Program-made: the position numbers and the translations under genes
Origin: Thermodesulfobacteriota bacterium
GTDB lineage: Bacteria; Desulfobacterota_D; UBA1144; Nemesobacterales; Mycalebacteriaceae
DNA length: 64,000 bases
Direction of reading: 5' to 3'
Assembly (NCBI GenBank): GCA_965226585.1
Contig: OZ245366.1
Coordinates: 1,280,001-1,344,000, forward strand
Shown here: piece after piece, positions 1 through 10,175 of the stretch
Layout: the number at the start of each line of letters is the position of its first letter
Position numbering within the stretch: the first letter of the stretch is position 1
Notes under the pieces: model-generated
The model's input: only the letters and a program-made list of their open reading frames with translations
Database searches by the model: none
What the model was told of the DNA's origin: nothing

Positions 1-305
1 ATCGTCCCTCTCAGCGTAACGGCACAGCCGATGGGCATATCTTCACGGAGTTTGAAACCCGCTATGGATTTTTTGGATATCGTTACCGCAGGCCTCTGCC
101 CCGCTATAAGGGCGAGTTCGGCAACCGCTTCTTCCACAACCGTTTTATTGCGTCCAGCTTCGCTCAAACGCCCCAGCCCCATGTTCAGAACTATGCGCTC
201 AAGGCGGGGAACCCTCATCGGATTGGAGTAAGAGTTTCTCTCCATAATCCGGGGAACAACTTCCTCGTTGTATATCTTCTTCATTCTTGGTTGCGCGCCA
301 GACAT
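1..305 (-). CDS. rplE: 50S ribosomal protein L5 (partial, runs off window start)
   Basis: Manual translation from ATG at 305: MSGAQPRMKKIYNEEVVP...NPMRVPRLERIVLNMGLG...KSIAGFKLREDMPIGCAVTLRG; follows rplX. Confidence 0.95.
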   Translation of the reverse strand, partial: MSGAQPRMKKIYNEEVVPRIMERNSYSNPMRVPRLERIVLNMGLGRLSEAGRNKTVVEEAVAELALIAGQRPAVTISKKSIAGFKLREDMPIGCAVTLRGT

Positions 306-625
306 CATACCTTCTTCCCCGTTTTGCGGTTCACTCTGACCTTTTTGCCGCCTTCATCCGTGTAGCCCGCTTTGACGGGGGAAGACTCCTTTGAATCGTA
401 AAGCATCAAATTTGAGATGTGCAGACTCGCTTCCTTGTCCACTATTCCGCCTGAAGGGTTGTCGCGGGTGGGGCGCGTGTGGCGTTTCACCATGTTGAGT
501 TTTTGCACTATCGCCCTGCTTTTTCCGGTGAGAATGCCGGCAACCGTGCCGGTTTTGCCCTTCTCCTTTCCGGAAAGCACGATAACTTCATCGCCTTTCT
601 TTATGTGGAACTTCACGTTTGCCAC
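305..625 (-). CDS. rplX: 50S ribosomal protein L24
   Basis: KOW motif IKKGDEVIVLSGKEKGKTG; operon order. Confidence 0.97.
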   Translation of the reverse strand: MANVKFHIKKGDEVIVLSGKEKGKTGTVAGILTGKSRAIVQKLNMVKRHTRPTRDNPSGGIVDKEASLHISNLMLYDSKESSPVKAGYTDEGGKKVRVNRKTGKKV

Positions 626-627
626 CG

Positions 628-996
628 CTACACAACCTCCGGGGCGAGCGATATGATTTTCATAAAGCCCTTGAATCTGAGTTCTCTCGCTATCGGTCCG
701 AAAACCCTTGTCCCTATCGGTTCCCTGTTGTCATCTATTATCACCGCCGCGTTGTTGTCAAAACGCACGTAAGTGCCGTCAGTCCTTCTGCTCTCTTTTC
801 TCACGCGCACAACAACCGCCTTGCACACATCGCCCTTGGAAACTCTGGAGTTCGGCATCGCCTCTTTAATGGACACCACCACCACGTCTCCCAGACGCGC
901 AAACCTTCTTCTGGAGCCACCGAGAACCTTTATGCAGTAAAGCCTCTTTGCTCCCGTGTTGTCAGCGGAATCAAGATATGAACTTGACTGAATCAT
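628..996 (-). CDS. rplN: 50S ribosomal protein L14
   Basis: [37 protein letters not shown]. Confidence 0.98.
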   Translation of the reverse strand: MIQSSSYLDSADNTGAKRLYCIKVLGGSRRRFARLGDVVVVSIKEAMPNSRVSKGDVCKAVVVRVRKESRRTDGTYVRFDNNAAVIIDDNREPIGTRVFGPIARELRFKGFMKIISLAPEVV

Positions 997-1295
997 TCTT
1001 CCGCTCCGCCCTCACCGGCAAGCACGGGATTTGCCTTGCCAACGATTTTGCCAACTCTCCATCTCTTGGTTTTGCTCACGGGCTTTGACTCGTATATCAG
1101 TGCCTTGTCTCCAACTTCGCACTGGTTTTTTGCGTCATGAACGACGTAGCGAACCCGCTTTTTGATAGACCTGTTGTAGAGGAGGTGCTTCTTTGTTGCC
1201 ATAACGTCCACAACGGCGGTTTTGTCGGAGCCGGTTTTTACAACCGTTCCGATAAGCGAAGTAAGACGCCCTCTTTTTGACTGTTGTTCAGACAT
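993..1295 (-). CDS. rpsQ: 30S ribosomal protein S17
   Basis: [19 protein letters not shown]; start taken at MSEQQ to avoid overlap with rpmC. Confidence 0.95.
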   Translation of the reverse strand: MSEQQSKRGRLTSLIGTVVKTGSDKTAVVDVMATKKHLLYNRSIKKRVRYVVHDAKNQCEVGDKALIYESKPVSKTKRWRVGKIVGKANPVLAGEGGAEE

Positions 1296-1296
1296 T

Positions 1297-1518
1297 TTAT
1301 CCTTCCGTGTTCTCCGGTTTATTCTTCCTCTCAAGTTCCGCCCTCACCGTCCGTATCCTCGCTATGTCTCTTCTGAGAATCTTTATCTTCGCAAAAGCTG
1401 TGGTCTGCTTCGTTGAGACCTGCATGCGGAGATTGAAAAGGGAGGAAGCCAGCTCGCGCTCCTTTTTGTTGAGGTCGCCGACCGTTAACTCTCTGAGTTT
1501 AGCAGGTTTTTCAGCCAT
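1297..1518 (-). CDS. rpmC: 50S ribosomal protein L29
   Basis: LFNLRMQ..IKILRRDIARIRT; position. Confidence 0.95.
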   Translation of the reverse strand: MAEKPAKLRELTVGDLNKKERELASSLFNLRMQVSTKQTTAFAKIKILRRDIARIRTVRAELERKNKPENTEG

Positions 1519-1937
1519 TATACAACATCCTCGCTGCGCTCAACCGTGCGCGTTTTCAGGGGCAGTTTGTGGGAGGCGAGCCTGAAAGCCTCTTTGGCGA
1601 GACTTGTGGGAACGCCGCTCAACTCATAAAGCATCTGTCCGCGTCTCACGGGAGCCACATATTCCGACAGGTCGCCCTTTCCTTTTCCCATCCTCGTTTC
1701 GGCGGGCTTTTTCGTAAGCGGTTTGTCGGGGAATATCCGTATCCAAAGTTTCGCGCCCCTTTTCACATGGCGGGTTATTGCTATCCTCGCCGCCTCTATC
1801 TGCCTTGAAGTGAGACGCCCGTTCTCAAGCGTCTGGAGACCGAACTGACCGAAATCAATTCCGGTTCCTCTGGTCGCCGCGCCGCGTATACGCCCCTTGA
1901 ACATCTTGCGGTATTTTGTTTTTTTAGGTTGAAGCAT
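1518..1937 (-). CDS. rplP: 50S ribosomal protein L16
   Basis: [25 protein letters not shown]. Confidence 0.98.
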   Translation of the reverse strand: MLQPKKTKYRKMFKGRIRGAATRGTGIDFGQFGLQTLENGRLTSRQIEAARIAITRHVKRGAKLWIRIFPDKPLTKKPAETRMGKGKGDLSEYVAPVRRGQMLYELSGVPTSLAKEAFRLASHKLPLKTRTVERSEDVV

Positions 1938-1949
1938 TGCGTTTCACCG

Positions 1950-2597
1950 TCAGGAAGATGCCTTTTTCTCTATGATGTCTCCTTTGAATATCCAGGTCTT
2001 GATGCCGATAACCCCGTATTTGGTCTTTGCCTGAGCAAAGCCGTAGTCTATGTCCGCTCTCAATTTCGCAAGGGGGATACTGCCTTCCTTGTACCATTCT
2101 CTTCTGGCTATCTCCGCTCCGGCAAGCCGCCCCGCCGCCATAATTTTTATCCCGAGTGCGCCGGTTCTCATGGCGGATGAAATTGCCTGCTTCATCGCCC
2201 TTTTGTATGCCACCCTGCGCTCTATCTGAAGCGCGACATTTTCCGCGACCATTTGCGCGTCTGTCTCGGAACGGCGGACTTCTTTGATGTCCACAACCAT
2301 TTCCTTGCCCGTTTGCGCCTGAAGTTCCTTGCGTATTCTCTCAATCTCCTGCCCGTTGCGCCCTATGATGATTCCGGGACGAAGGGCGTGTATGACGACC
2401 TTGACCTTTTTCTGAATGACGCGCTCTATCTCAATCCGGGAAATGCCCGCCTGATAGAAATCCTTTTTGAGAAATCTCCGTATTCTGATGTCTTCGTTCA
2501 GCATTTCCGTAAAAGACGCCTTCTCCGCATACCATTTGGAGTCCCAGGTTTTCGTTATGCCTATTCTCAGACCTATTGGATTTACTTTCTGTCCCAT
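1950..2597 (-). CDS. rpsC: 30S ribosomal protein S3
   Basis: [27 protein letters not shown]; start at MGQKV. Confidence 0.98.
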   Translation of the reverse strand: MGQKVNPIGLRIGITKTWDSKWYAEKASFTEMLNEDIRIRRFLKKDFYQAGISRIEIERVIQKKVKVVIHALRPGIIIGRNGQEIERIRKELQAQTGKEMVVDIKEVRRSETDAQMVAENVALQIERRVAYKRAMKQAISSAMRTGALGIKIMAAGRLAGAEIARREWYKEGSIPLAKLRADIDYGFAQAKTKYGVIGIKTWIFKGDIIEKKASS

Positions 2598-2598
2598 A

Positions 2599-2937
2599 TT
2601 AAAGCCCCTTCCTCTCAAGCACTATTGTGATATGGCTTGTTTTTCTTTTTATCTGAAAAGCCCTTCCCATCGCCCTTGCCTTGAACCTTTTAAGAGCGGG
2701 GCCTTCATCGGCGTACGCCTCTTTAATGTAAAGTTCATCCGGCTCCGGAAAGCCCTTCTCCGAAGCATTTGCCACTGCGGACTTGAGAATTCCGGCGATA
2801 ACCGGCGCAGACCTTTTACGCAGAAGGTGAAGCACCGAGAACGCTTCCTCCACATTCCTGCCCCTTATAAGCGGAAGAACAAGGCGAACCTTGTCGGGAG
2901 ACATTCTGTAATATTTGAGAACGGATTTTGAAACCAT
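2599..2937 (-). CDS. rplV: 50S ribosomal protein L22
   Basis: [30 protein letters not shown]. Confidence 0.97.
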   Translation of the reverse strand: MVSKSVLKYYRMSPDKVRLVLPLIRGRNVEEAFSVLHLLRKRSAPVIAGILKSAVANASEKGFPEPDELYIKEAYADEGPALKRFKARAMGRAFQIKRKTSHITIVLERKGL

Positions 2938-2948
2938 TTGAAAAACCC

Positions 2949-3248
2949 CTATCTTCCCACCTTGGATTTTTTGTCTCCGCCGCCGCCGGCCGCGTGTCCC
3001 TGAAAACTTCTTGTCGGCGAAAACTCTCCGAGTTTGTGCCCTATCATGTGTTCGTTAACCGACACGGGAATAAACCTCTTGCCGTTGTGAACGGCTATTG
3101 TCAGCCCTATCATCTCAGGTATCACCATTGATGAGCGCGACCACGTTTTGATATACGCGTCGCTCTTTTTCTGCTCTTTTGCCGCGAGCACCTTCTTGAG
3201 AAGTTTCTCGTGAATAAACGGCTGTTTCTGTTTTGCGTCTTCTGTCAT
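2949..3248 (-). CDS. rpsS: 30S ribosomal protein S19
   Basis: [23 protein letters not shown]. Confidence 0.97.
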   Translation of the reverse strand: MTEDAKQKQPFIHEKLLKKVLAAKEQKKSDAYIKTWSRSSMVIPEMIGLTIAVHNGKRFIPVSVNEHMIGHKLGEFSPTRSFQGHAAGGGGDKKSKVGR

Positions 3249-3250
3249 GG

Positions 3251-4093
3251 TTAATCCATCCCGTACCCTACCCTGCGGGGCCTTACTATGTATTTGTCCG
3301 TCCTTTTGTTCTTTCTCGTTTTGTATCCGATGGTTATCCAGCCCCAGGGGGAAACGGGGTGAGGATTTCCTTTCGCGGCTTTGCCCTCTCCGCCGCCGTG
3401 AGGGTGGTCAACGGGGTTCATCGCCACTCCCCTGACGTTGGGTCTGCGCCGTCTGTGCCTGTTTCTTCCGGCTTTTCCGATTGTTACAAGTTCATGCTCT
3501 GAGTTGCCAACTTTTCCGACTGTCGCCATACATTCAAGGCTTATCATCCGTATTTCCCCTGACGGCATTTTAAGAAGCGCGCGTCCGCCCTCTTTGGCGG
3601 TTATCTGCACCGAACTTCCCGCGCTGCGGGCTATCTTGCCGCCGCCGCCCGGGCGAATCTCAACGTTGTGAACAAACACGCCCGTGGGGATATCTTTCAG
3701 TTTCAGCGCGTTGCCCGATGTAACTTCGGAACCTTCGCCCGAAAAAATTGTGTCTCCAACCGACATTCCGTCGCAGGCGATAACGTATCTTTTCTCGCCG
3801 TCTGCGTAGTGCAGAAGCGCGATTCTGGCAGATCTGTAAGGGTCGTACTCTATTGACGCGACCTTTGCGGGAACTCCGGATTTTGCTCTTTTGAAGTCAA
3901 CCTCGCGGTAGAGCCGTTTGTGCCCGCCGCCCCGGTTGTAACTTGAGATGCGTCCGCCGCTTCCTCTTCCCGCCTTGTTGGGTATGGAGGCGGTGAGCGG
4001 CTTGTGCGGGGTGGATTTCGTCACTTCGGAGAAATCTTCGCCCGTTCTGAAACGCGTTCCCGGAGATGTGGGTTTGAACTTTCTTATTCCCAT
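3251..4093 (-). CDS. rplB: 50S ribosomal protein L2
   Basis: [26 protein letters not shown]. Confidence 0.98.
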   Translation of the reverse strand: MGIRKFKPTSPGTRFRTGEDFSEVTKSTPHKPLTASIPNKAGRGSGGRISSYNRGGGHKRLYREVDFKRAKSGVPAKVASIEYDPYRSARIALLHYADGEKRYVIACDGMSVGDTIFSGEGSEVTSGNALKLKDIPTGVFVHNVEIRPGGGGKIARSAGSSVQITAKEGGRALLKMPSGEIRMISLECMATVGKVGNSEHELVTIGKAGRNRHRRRRPNVRGVAMNPVDHPHGGGEGKAAKGNPHPVSPWGWITIGYKTRKNKRTDKYIVRPRRVGYGMD

Positions 4094-4381
4094 TTATACG
4101 CCCTCAAAAATTTCTATCTTTCCCTCAATTACTTTGACATACGCCTTTTTGTAGCCGGGTCTTCTTCCCGCCGCCCCGCGCGCCCGCCTGACAGTTTTGC
4201 CGGGCATAACGGCGGTTCTAACCTTGCCGACCTTCACACCGAACGCCTTTTCAACGGAATCCTTTATCTGATGCTTGGCGGTTCTCTCGTCAACCGAGAA
4301 AACGTACCAGCCGTTTTCACGAACAGACAGACTCTTCTCCGTAACAACGGGAGACTTGATGATTTTATACGGGTCGTTCAA
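4094..4381 (-). CDS. rplW: 50S ribosomal protein L23
   Basis: PVVTEKS, YKKAYV; position. Confidence 0.96.
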   Translation of the reverse strand: MNDPYKIIKSPVVTEKSLSVRENGWYVFSVDERTAKHQIKDSVEKAFGVKVGKVRTAVMPGKTVRRARGAAGRRPGYKKAYVKVIEGKIEIFEGV

Positions 4382-5007
4382 TGCTCAAGAGCCTCCTGTA
4401 CGGACTTGACCGCATCCACGGTCATTATCACTCCGTCAAATCCCAGAGTGTCGTAAACATTCACTCCTTTGTCCGCAAGAATCTTCACTCCCGGAATATT
4501 GTTTGCCGATTTCGCGAAGTTCTCCCAGTTGCTTCCCGGAACATCCACAAAAAGCGCGCTGGAAACCCCGAAAGCCTTCATCATTTCGGCGACCTGTTTT
4601 GTCTTTATTTCGGGAAGGCTCAAGTCCTGCACAACCGTTATCGCGCCGTCACGGAACCTTGCCGAGAGGGCAGACTTGAGAGCCTGTTTTCTTACCTTGC
4701 GCGGAACTTTGAAAGACCAGTCTTTGGGTTTGGGACCGAAGGTAACTCCGCCTTTTCTCCATATAGGGGAACGGGTGGAGCCGTGCCTTGCGCGCCCTGA
4801 GTGTTTCTGCTTCCAGGGCTTCGCGCCGCCGCCTCTCACCTCGCCGCGCGTTTTGGTTGAAGCGGTTCCGCTTCTCGCCGCGGCAAGCTGCCACCTGACG
4901 ACAACCTGCATAAGGTCTTCTCTGACGGCAGACTCAAAAACATCGCCTTTGAGGTCAAGTTTGCCGACCGGAGATTTGCTCATGTCATATACTTCAACCG
5001 TCGGCAA
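4378..5007 (-). CDS. rplD: 50S ribosomal protein L4
   Basis: TKTRGEVRGGGAKPWKQKHSGRARHGS. Confidence 0.97.
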   Translation of the reverse strand: MPTVEVYDMSKSPVGKLDLKGDVFESAVREDLMQVVVRWQLAAARSGTASTKTRGEVRGGGAKPWKQKHSGRARHGSTRSPIWRKGGVTFGPKPKDWSFKVPRKVRKQALKSALSARFRDGAITVVQDLSLPEIKTKQVAEMMKAFGVSSALFVDVPGSNWENFAKSANNIPGVKILADKGVNVYDTLGFDGVIMTVDAVKSVQEALEH

Positions 5008-5635
5008 CAGACCCGCCTCCTTTTACAGAATGTCTTATAAAAACCCCCGAACCCCTGTGCCCCGCAACGGAGCCCTTAACGGTTACAAGGTTCTTTTCCC
5101 TGTCAACCGACACAACTTTCAAACCTTGAGAAGTTACACTGCGTCCGCCCGCTCTTCCCGCCATCTTTATTCCCTTCCACACACGCGCCGGATATGACGC
5201 CTGCCCGATTGAGCCGGGTCTGCGGTGCGCCTTTCCGCCGTGCGAAGCGGGCTGTCCCGCAAATCCGTGCCTTTTAATAACGCCCGTAAAACCTTTTCCT
5301 TTTCCGGTTCCAACCACGTCAACCTTGTCTCCCTCTTTGAAAAGATCTGCGGTGAAAATGTCTCCCGGCTTTATATCTTCGCCCTCGCAACTGACTTCAA
5401 CAATACGTTTCATTGCCGGAAGCCCGGCGGCGGAGCAATGCCCGGCGGCGGCTTTATTCGGGGTAAAATCTTCCCCGTATCCGATTTGAACCGAGTTGTA
5501 GCCGTCTGTATCTTCGGTTTTTTTCTGAATCACGTAGCACGGACCCACCTCAAGAACCGTAACGGGAACAAGCACGGAGCCGTCCTGAAACACTTGAGTC
5601 ATCGCCACTTTCTTTCCTATAAGTCCGCCTATCAT
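4994..5635 (-). CDS. rplC: 50S ribosomal protein L3
   Basis: GKKVAMTQVF, GKGFTGVIKRHGF, HRRPGSIG. Confidence 0.97.
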   Translation of the reverse strand: MIGGLIGKKVAMTQVFQDGSVLVPVTVLEVGPCYVIQKKTEDTDGYNSVQIGYGEDFTPNKAAAGHCSAAGLPAMKRIVEVSCEGEDIKPGDIFTADLFKEGDKVDVVGTGKGKGFTGVIKRHGFAGQPASHGGKAHRRPGSIGQASYPARVWKGIKMAGRAGGRSVTSQGLKVVSVDREKNLVTVKGSVAGHRGSGVFIRHSVKGGGSVADG

Positions 5636-5653
5636 TTTTTCTGCCGCCGTTTG

Positions 5654-5968
5654 TTATGTCAGTTTGATGTCAACATCCACGCCTGAAGCCAAATCCAGCT
5701 TCATGAGTTCGTCAACCGTCTGGTGTGTCGGCTCAAGTATGTAGACAATACGTTTGTGAGTCCTCACCTCAAAATGCTCCCTTGAATTTTTGTTCACGTG
5801 CGGGGAACGCAGAACGCAAAACCTGCGTATGTGCGTGGGAAGCGGAAGGGGACCTGAAATTCTGGCTCCCGTTCTCTTCGCCGTGTCCGCTATCTCAAAC
5901 GCCGACTTGTCGAGGAGACGGTGGTCGAACGATTTGAGTTTGATTCTTATTTTTGAGGCAAGGTTCAT
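5654..5968 (-). CDS. rpsJ: 30S ribosomal protein S10
   Basis: [28 protein letters not shown]. Confidence 0.98.
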   Translation of the reverse strand: MNLASKIRIKLKSFDHRLLDKSAFEIADTAKRTGARISGPLPLPTHIRRFCVLRSPHVNKNSREHFEVRTHKRIVYILEPTHQTVDELMKLDLASGVDVDIKLT

Positions 5969-5971
5969 GGC

Positions 5972-7147
5972 TTACTCGATAATACCCGTGACGACGCCTG
6001 CGCCCACGGTTTTGCCTCCTTCCCTTATGGCGAAGCGGAGTTGTTCCTCCATCGCCACCGGGGCTATAAGTTCAACTTCCACGTTCACACTGTCTCCGGG
6101 CATAACCATCTCCACTCCGTCAGGGAGTTTCACCGAGCCCGTTACGTCCGTTGTCCTCAGGTAAAACTGAGGCCTGTATCCGGGGAAAAACGGCGTGTGC
6201 CTGCCGCCTTCCTCTTTCTTCAAAACATACACTTCCGCGGAAAACTTCTTGTGCGGCGTTATACTTCCCACCGCGCTCAAAACCTGCCCGCGCTCCACAT
6301 TCTCTTTGTCTATGCCTCTGAGAAGCACACCCACATTGTCTCCGGCAACAGCATCGTCAAGTATCTTGCGGAACATCTCAAGGCTCGTGGCCACAGTCTT
6401 GACCGTCTCGCCAAAACCCACTATCTCAACCTCGTCTCCAGCCTCTATCTTGCCCTTCTCCACCCTGCCCGTTACAACAGTCCCGCGTCCCGATATTGTG
6501 AACACATCCTCCACCGCCATAATGAACGGCTTGTCCACCTCTCTCACAGGCTCGGGAATGTAGCTGTCCACGGCGCTCATCAACTCCCGTATCTGCGCCT
6601 CCGCATCCGCATCCCCTTCAAGCGCCTTAAGTGCGCTTACTTTTACTATCGGTATGTCGTCACCGGGAAACTTGTACTCACTCAAAAGCTCCCGTATCTC
6701 TAACTCTACAAGATCAAGCAACTCAGGGTCGTCCAGCATGTCAATCTTGTTCAACGCAACCACTATCGACGGAACACCTACCTGACGCGCAAGCAGTATG
6801 TGCTCCCGCGTCTGGGGCATCGGTCCGTCTGGTGCGCTCACCACAAGTATCGCGCCGTCCATCTGCGCAGCTCCCGTTATCATGTTCTTTACATAGTCCG
6901 CGTGACCGGGACAGTCAACGTGCGCGTAGTGCCGCGTATCCGTCTCATACTCCACGTGAGATATGTTTATCGTTATCCCCCTGTCCTTCTCCTCAGGAGA
7001 CTTGTCTATGTCACCAAACTCTACATACTCTGCCTTGTCCAAAACCTTCGTTATCGCCGCTGTAAGTGTCGTCTTGCCATGGTCCACGTGACCCACTGTC
7101 CCTATGTTTAAATGCGGCTTCCCTCTCTCAAACTTCTCCTTCGACAT
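5972..7147 (-). CDS. tuf: Elongation factor Tu
   Basis: [32 protein letters not shown]. Confidence 0.99.
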   Translation of the reverse strand: MSKEKFERGKPHLNIGTVGHVDHGKTTLTAAITKVLDKAEYVEFGDIDKSPEEKDRGITINISHVEYETDTRHYAHVDCPGHADYVKNMITGAAQMDGAILVVSAPDGPMPQTREHILLARQVGVPSIVVALNKIDMLDDPELLDLVELEIRELLSEYKFPGDDIPIVKVSALKALEGDADAEAQIRELMSAVDSYIPEPVREVDKPFIMAVEDVFTISGRGTVVTGRVEKGKIEAGDEVEIVGFGETVKTVATSLEMFRKILDDAVAGDNVGVLLRGIDKENVERGQVLSAVGSITPHKKFSAEVYVLKKEEGGRHTPFFPGYRPQFYLRTTDVTGSVKLPDGVEMVMPGDSVNVEVELIAPVAMEEQLRFAIREGGKTVGAGVVTGIIE

Positions 7148-7170
7148 ATCTGTATACCTCCTTTCTTGTG

Positions 7171-9255
7171 TCAGCCGTCGCCCGCCGACTGTCTAAGTTC
7201 TTCCGCTATATTCGGCGGAAGAGCCTCGTAACGCGCGAACTCCATTGTGAAGGAACCCCTTCCCTCAGTCATCGACCTCAGCGTTGTAGCATATCCGAAC
7301 ACTTCGCCGAGGGGAACATCTGATTTTACCGCCTGCATTCCGCCGCGCATTTCAGTGCTTACGATTCTTCCCCTTCTGGAGTTCAAATCCCCAATAATTC
7401 CGCCGGTAAAGTCTTCCGGCGCGACAACCTCAAGGCTCATCACCGGCTCAAGAATTGACGGAGACGCTTTCGCAAAACCGTCTTTGAAAGCCATTGACCC
7501 CGCGATTTTGAACGCTATCTCGGAAGAGTCAACCTCGTGGAAAGAGCCGTCATAAAGCGTAACGCGCACGTCAACAACCGGATAGCCGGAAATAACTCCG
7601 GTCTCTATAACCTCTTTCATTCCCTTCTGAACGGCGGGGATGTATTCCCTCGGTATCACTCCGCCTTTTATCTTGTCAATAAACTCAAAACCGCCGCCTC
7701 TCTCAAGCGGCTCCATCTGTATCTTCACGTGCCCGTACTGCCCGCGCCCGCCCGTTTGCCTGATGAATTTGGCTTCAACATCCGAGGAACCCATTATGGT
7801 CTCCCTGTACGCGACCTGCGGCTTTCCAACATTCGCATCCACGCCGAACTCCCTTGAAAGCCTGTCAACAATAACGTCAAGGTGAAGTTCGCCCATTCCC
7901 GATATAACAGTCTGCCCGGTCTCCTCGTCGCTTCTGACCCTGAATGAAGGGTCTTCAAGGGCGAGGCGCGAAAGGGAAACCGCGAGTTTTTCCTGATCGG
8001 GTTTGGATTTCGGCTCAATCGCGATAGATATGACGGGGTCTGAAATATTGAGACTTTCAAGCACTATGGGGTTTGCCTGATCGCAAAGCGTGTCGCCGGT
8101 TATGGAGATTTTAAGCCCAACGGCGGCAACTATTCCGCCCGCCCCTATCTCTTTGATTTCCTCTCTCTTGTTGGCGTGCATTCTCACAAGCCGCCCTATT
8201 TTTTCTTTCTTGCCCTTGGTTGAGTTCAAAACCGTACTGCCGGAAACCATCTTCCCGGAATACACCCTCACGTATGTAAGTTGTCCCACAAAGGGGTCGT
8301 TCATAATCTTAAAAGCCAGCCCTGAAAAAGGAGCCTCCGTGTCTGAGGGTCTTGAATCCTCTTCGCCGTCATCGTTTAACCCCGGTATCGGGGGAAGGTC
8401 AACCGGAGAGGGAAGGTAGTCCACAACGGCGTCAAGAAGAAGCTGAACGCCCTTGTTTTTGAACGCCGAACCGCAGAACACCGGAATTATGTTAAGGGCG
8501 ATGGTCTGCTCTCTCACAACTTTTTTAACGATGGCGGTGTCCACATCTTCGTCGCTCAGGTACGCCTCCATTATGGAGTCGTCAAAATCGGCAATCGCTT
8601 CAAGCAGTTGTTTGCGCCCCGCCGAAAAATCTTCCCGCGACTCTTCGGGGATGTCTTTCTCTTCAAACTTCGCCCCCAGAGATTCTCCGTCCCACACCAC
8701 AAGTTTTTGCGAAACAAGGTCGATTATGCCCTTAAAGTCTTCGCCCTCAAACCAGGGTATGTGCATATAAACGGGGCGGGCGTTCAGCCGCTCCTCAATC
8801 TGTTTGACAACCTTGAAAAAGTCCGCGCCGATTCTGTCCATCTTGTTGACAAAGCACATTCTCGGAACGCCGTAGCGGTCTGCCTGCCGCCAAACGGTTT
8901 CGGTTTGCGGCTCAACTCCGCCAACGCAGTCAAACACAACAACGGCTCCGTCAAGAACTTTGAGCGAACGCTCAACCTCTATCGTGAAATCAACGTGTCC
9001 GGGAGTGTCAACGATGTTTATCCTGTGGTCGTCCCAGAAGCAGGTTGTTGTTGCCGAAGTGATGGTTATTCCGCGCTCCCTTTCCTGGTCCATCCAGTCC
9101 ATCGTGGCGGTTCCTTCGTGAACCTCTCCTATTTTGTAGGTAAGCCCGGTGTAGAAAAGTATGCGTTCGGTGGTTGTGGTTTTACCCGCGTCTATGTGCG
9201 CCACAATCCCTATATTGCGCACCTTGTCCATGGGGACTTTTATTTCTTCTGCCAT
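7171..9255 (-). CDS. fusA: Elongation factor G
   Basis: [32 protein letters not shown]. Confidence 0.99.
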   Translation of the reverse strand: MAEEIKVPMDKVRNIGIVAHIDAGKTTTTERILFYTGLTYKIGEVHEGTATMDWMDQERERGITITSATTTCFWDDHRINIVDTPGHVDFTIEVERSLKVLDGAVVVFDCVGGVEPQTETVWRQADRYGVPRMCFVNKMDRIGADFFKVVKQIEERLNARPVYMHIPWFEGEDFKGIIDLVSQKLVVWDGESLGAKFEEKDIPEESREDFSAGRKQLLEAIADFDDSIMEAYLSDEDVDTAIVKKVVREQTIALNIIPVFCGSAFKNKGVQLLLDAVVDYLPSPVDLPPIPGLNDDGEEDSRPSDTEAPFSGLAFKIMNDPFVGQLTYVRVYSGKMVSGSTVLNSTKGKKEKIGRLVRMHANKREEIKEIGAGGIVAAVGLKISITGDTLCDQANPIVLESLNISDPVISIAIEPKSKPDQEKLAVSLSRLALEDPSFRVRSDEETGQTVISGMGELHLDVIVDRLSREFGVDANVGKPQVAYRETIMGSSDVEAKFIRQTGGRGQYGHVKIQMEPLERGGGFEFIDKIKGGVIPREYIPAVQKGMKEVIETGVISGYPVVDVRVTLYDGSFHEVDSSEIAFKIAGSMAFKDGFAKASPSILEPVMSLEVVAPEDFTGGIIGDLNSRRGRIVSTEMRGGMQAVKSDVPLGEVFGYATTLRSMTEGRGSFTMEFARYEALPPNIAEELRQSAGDG

Positions 9256-9270
9256 CTCTTGTCCCCCTTT

Positions 9271-9744
9271 TTACCATCTGTAGTGGGCGAAGGCGCGGTT
9301 TGCCTCAGCCATTTTGTGAGTGTCTTCCCTCTTTTTGATTGCCGCGCCTTTGTTCTGCGAGGCTTCAAGTAATTCCATTGCGAGTTTTTCGCGCACGCCG
9401 TTTTCCGGTCTTTTGCGCATGGCGTCAAGAAGCCAGCGTATCGCCAGATAGTTTCTTCTGACGGGTTTTACTTCCATCGGCACCTGATAGGTCGCGCCGC
9501 CAACCCTTCTTGAGCGAACTTCAAGAGACGGCTTCACATTGTCCATGGCTTCATAGAACACCTTTACCGGCTCTTTCGTGTTCGCCTTTTCGGCGAGCAG
9601 GTCAAGCATCTCGTAGAACACCTGTTCCGCTTTGCTCTTCTTTCCTTCAAGCATGAGCGAGTTGATGAACTTCGCTATAAAAACGTCCCCGAAACGCGGG
9701 TCGGGCTCAACTCTGAGCCGTGCTGATGAATTTTTTCGTGACAT
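9271..9744 (-). CDS. rpsG: 30S ribosomal protein S7
   Basis: [25 protein letters not shown]. Confidence 0.99.
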   Translation of the reverse strand: MSRKNSSARLRVEPDPRFGDVFIAKFINSLMLEGKKSKAEQVFYEMLDLLAEKANTKEPVKVFYEAMDNVKPSLEVRSRRVGGATYQVPMEVKPVRRNYLAIRWLLDAMRKRPENGVREKLAMELLEASQNKGAAIKKREDTHKMAEANRAFAHYRW

Positions 9745-9755
9745 TTTCTATACTC

Positions 9756-10127
9756 TTATTTGGGTTTTTTGCTTCCGTATTTGGAGCGTCCTCTGCGCCT
9801 GTTTTCAACGCCCGTTGTGTCGAGGGTGCCCCTGACAACGTGGTAGCGGACGCCGGGAAGATCTTTCACTCTGCCGCCTCTCACAAGAACAACGGAGTGT
9901 TCCTGCAAGGTGTGCCCCTCTCCGGGGATGTATGCCGCAACCTCAACGCCGTTTGTAAGGCGAACTCTGGCGACTTTTCTCATTGCGGAATTGGGTTTTT
10001 TCGGGGTCGTTGTGTAGACCCTGACGCACACCCCTCTTTTTTGGGGGTTATTCTGAAGCGCGGGCGAACTGCTTTTGGAAACTGTCCGCTTTCTGCCCTT
10101 TCTTATAAGTTGGTTTGCGCTTGGCAT
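9756..10127 (-). CDS. rpsL: 30S ribosomal protein S12
   Basis: [19 protein letters not shown]. Confidence 0.99.
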   Translation of the reverse strand: MPSANQLIRKGRKRTVSKSSSPALQNNPQKRGVCVRVYTTTPKKPNSAMRKVARVRLTNGVEVAAYIPGEGHTLQEHSVVLVRGGRVKDLPGVRYHVVRGTLDTTGVENRRRGRSKYGSKKPK

Positions 10128-10175
10128 ATCCTCAAATACTCCCGTCTTTATAGCAAAGACAGAGCGGTAGTTTTA

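Noticed and set aside
5972..7147. tuf looks more G-rich on the coding strand than fusA (possible conversion with a second tuf copy)
   Set aside because: Impression by eye only; needs a skew and codon calculation and the second copy.
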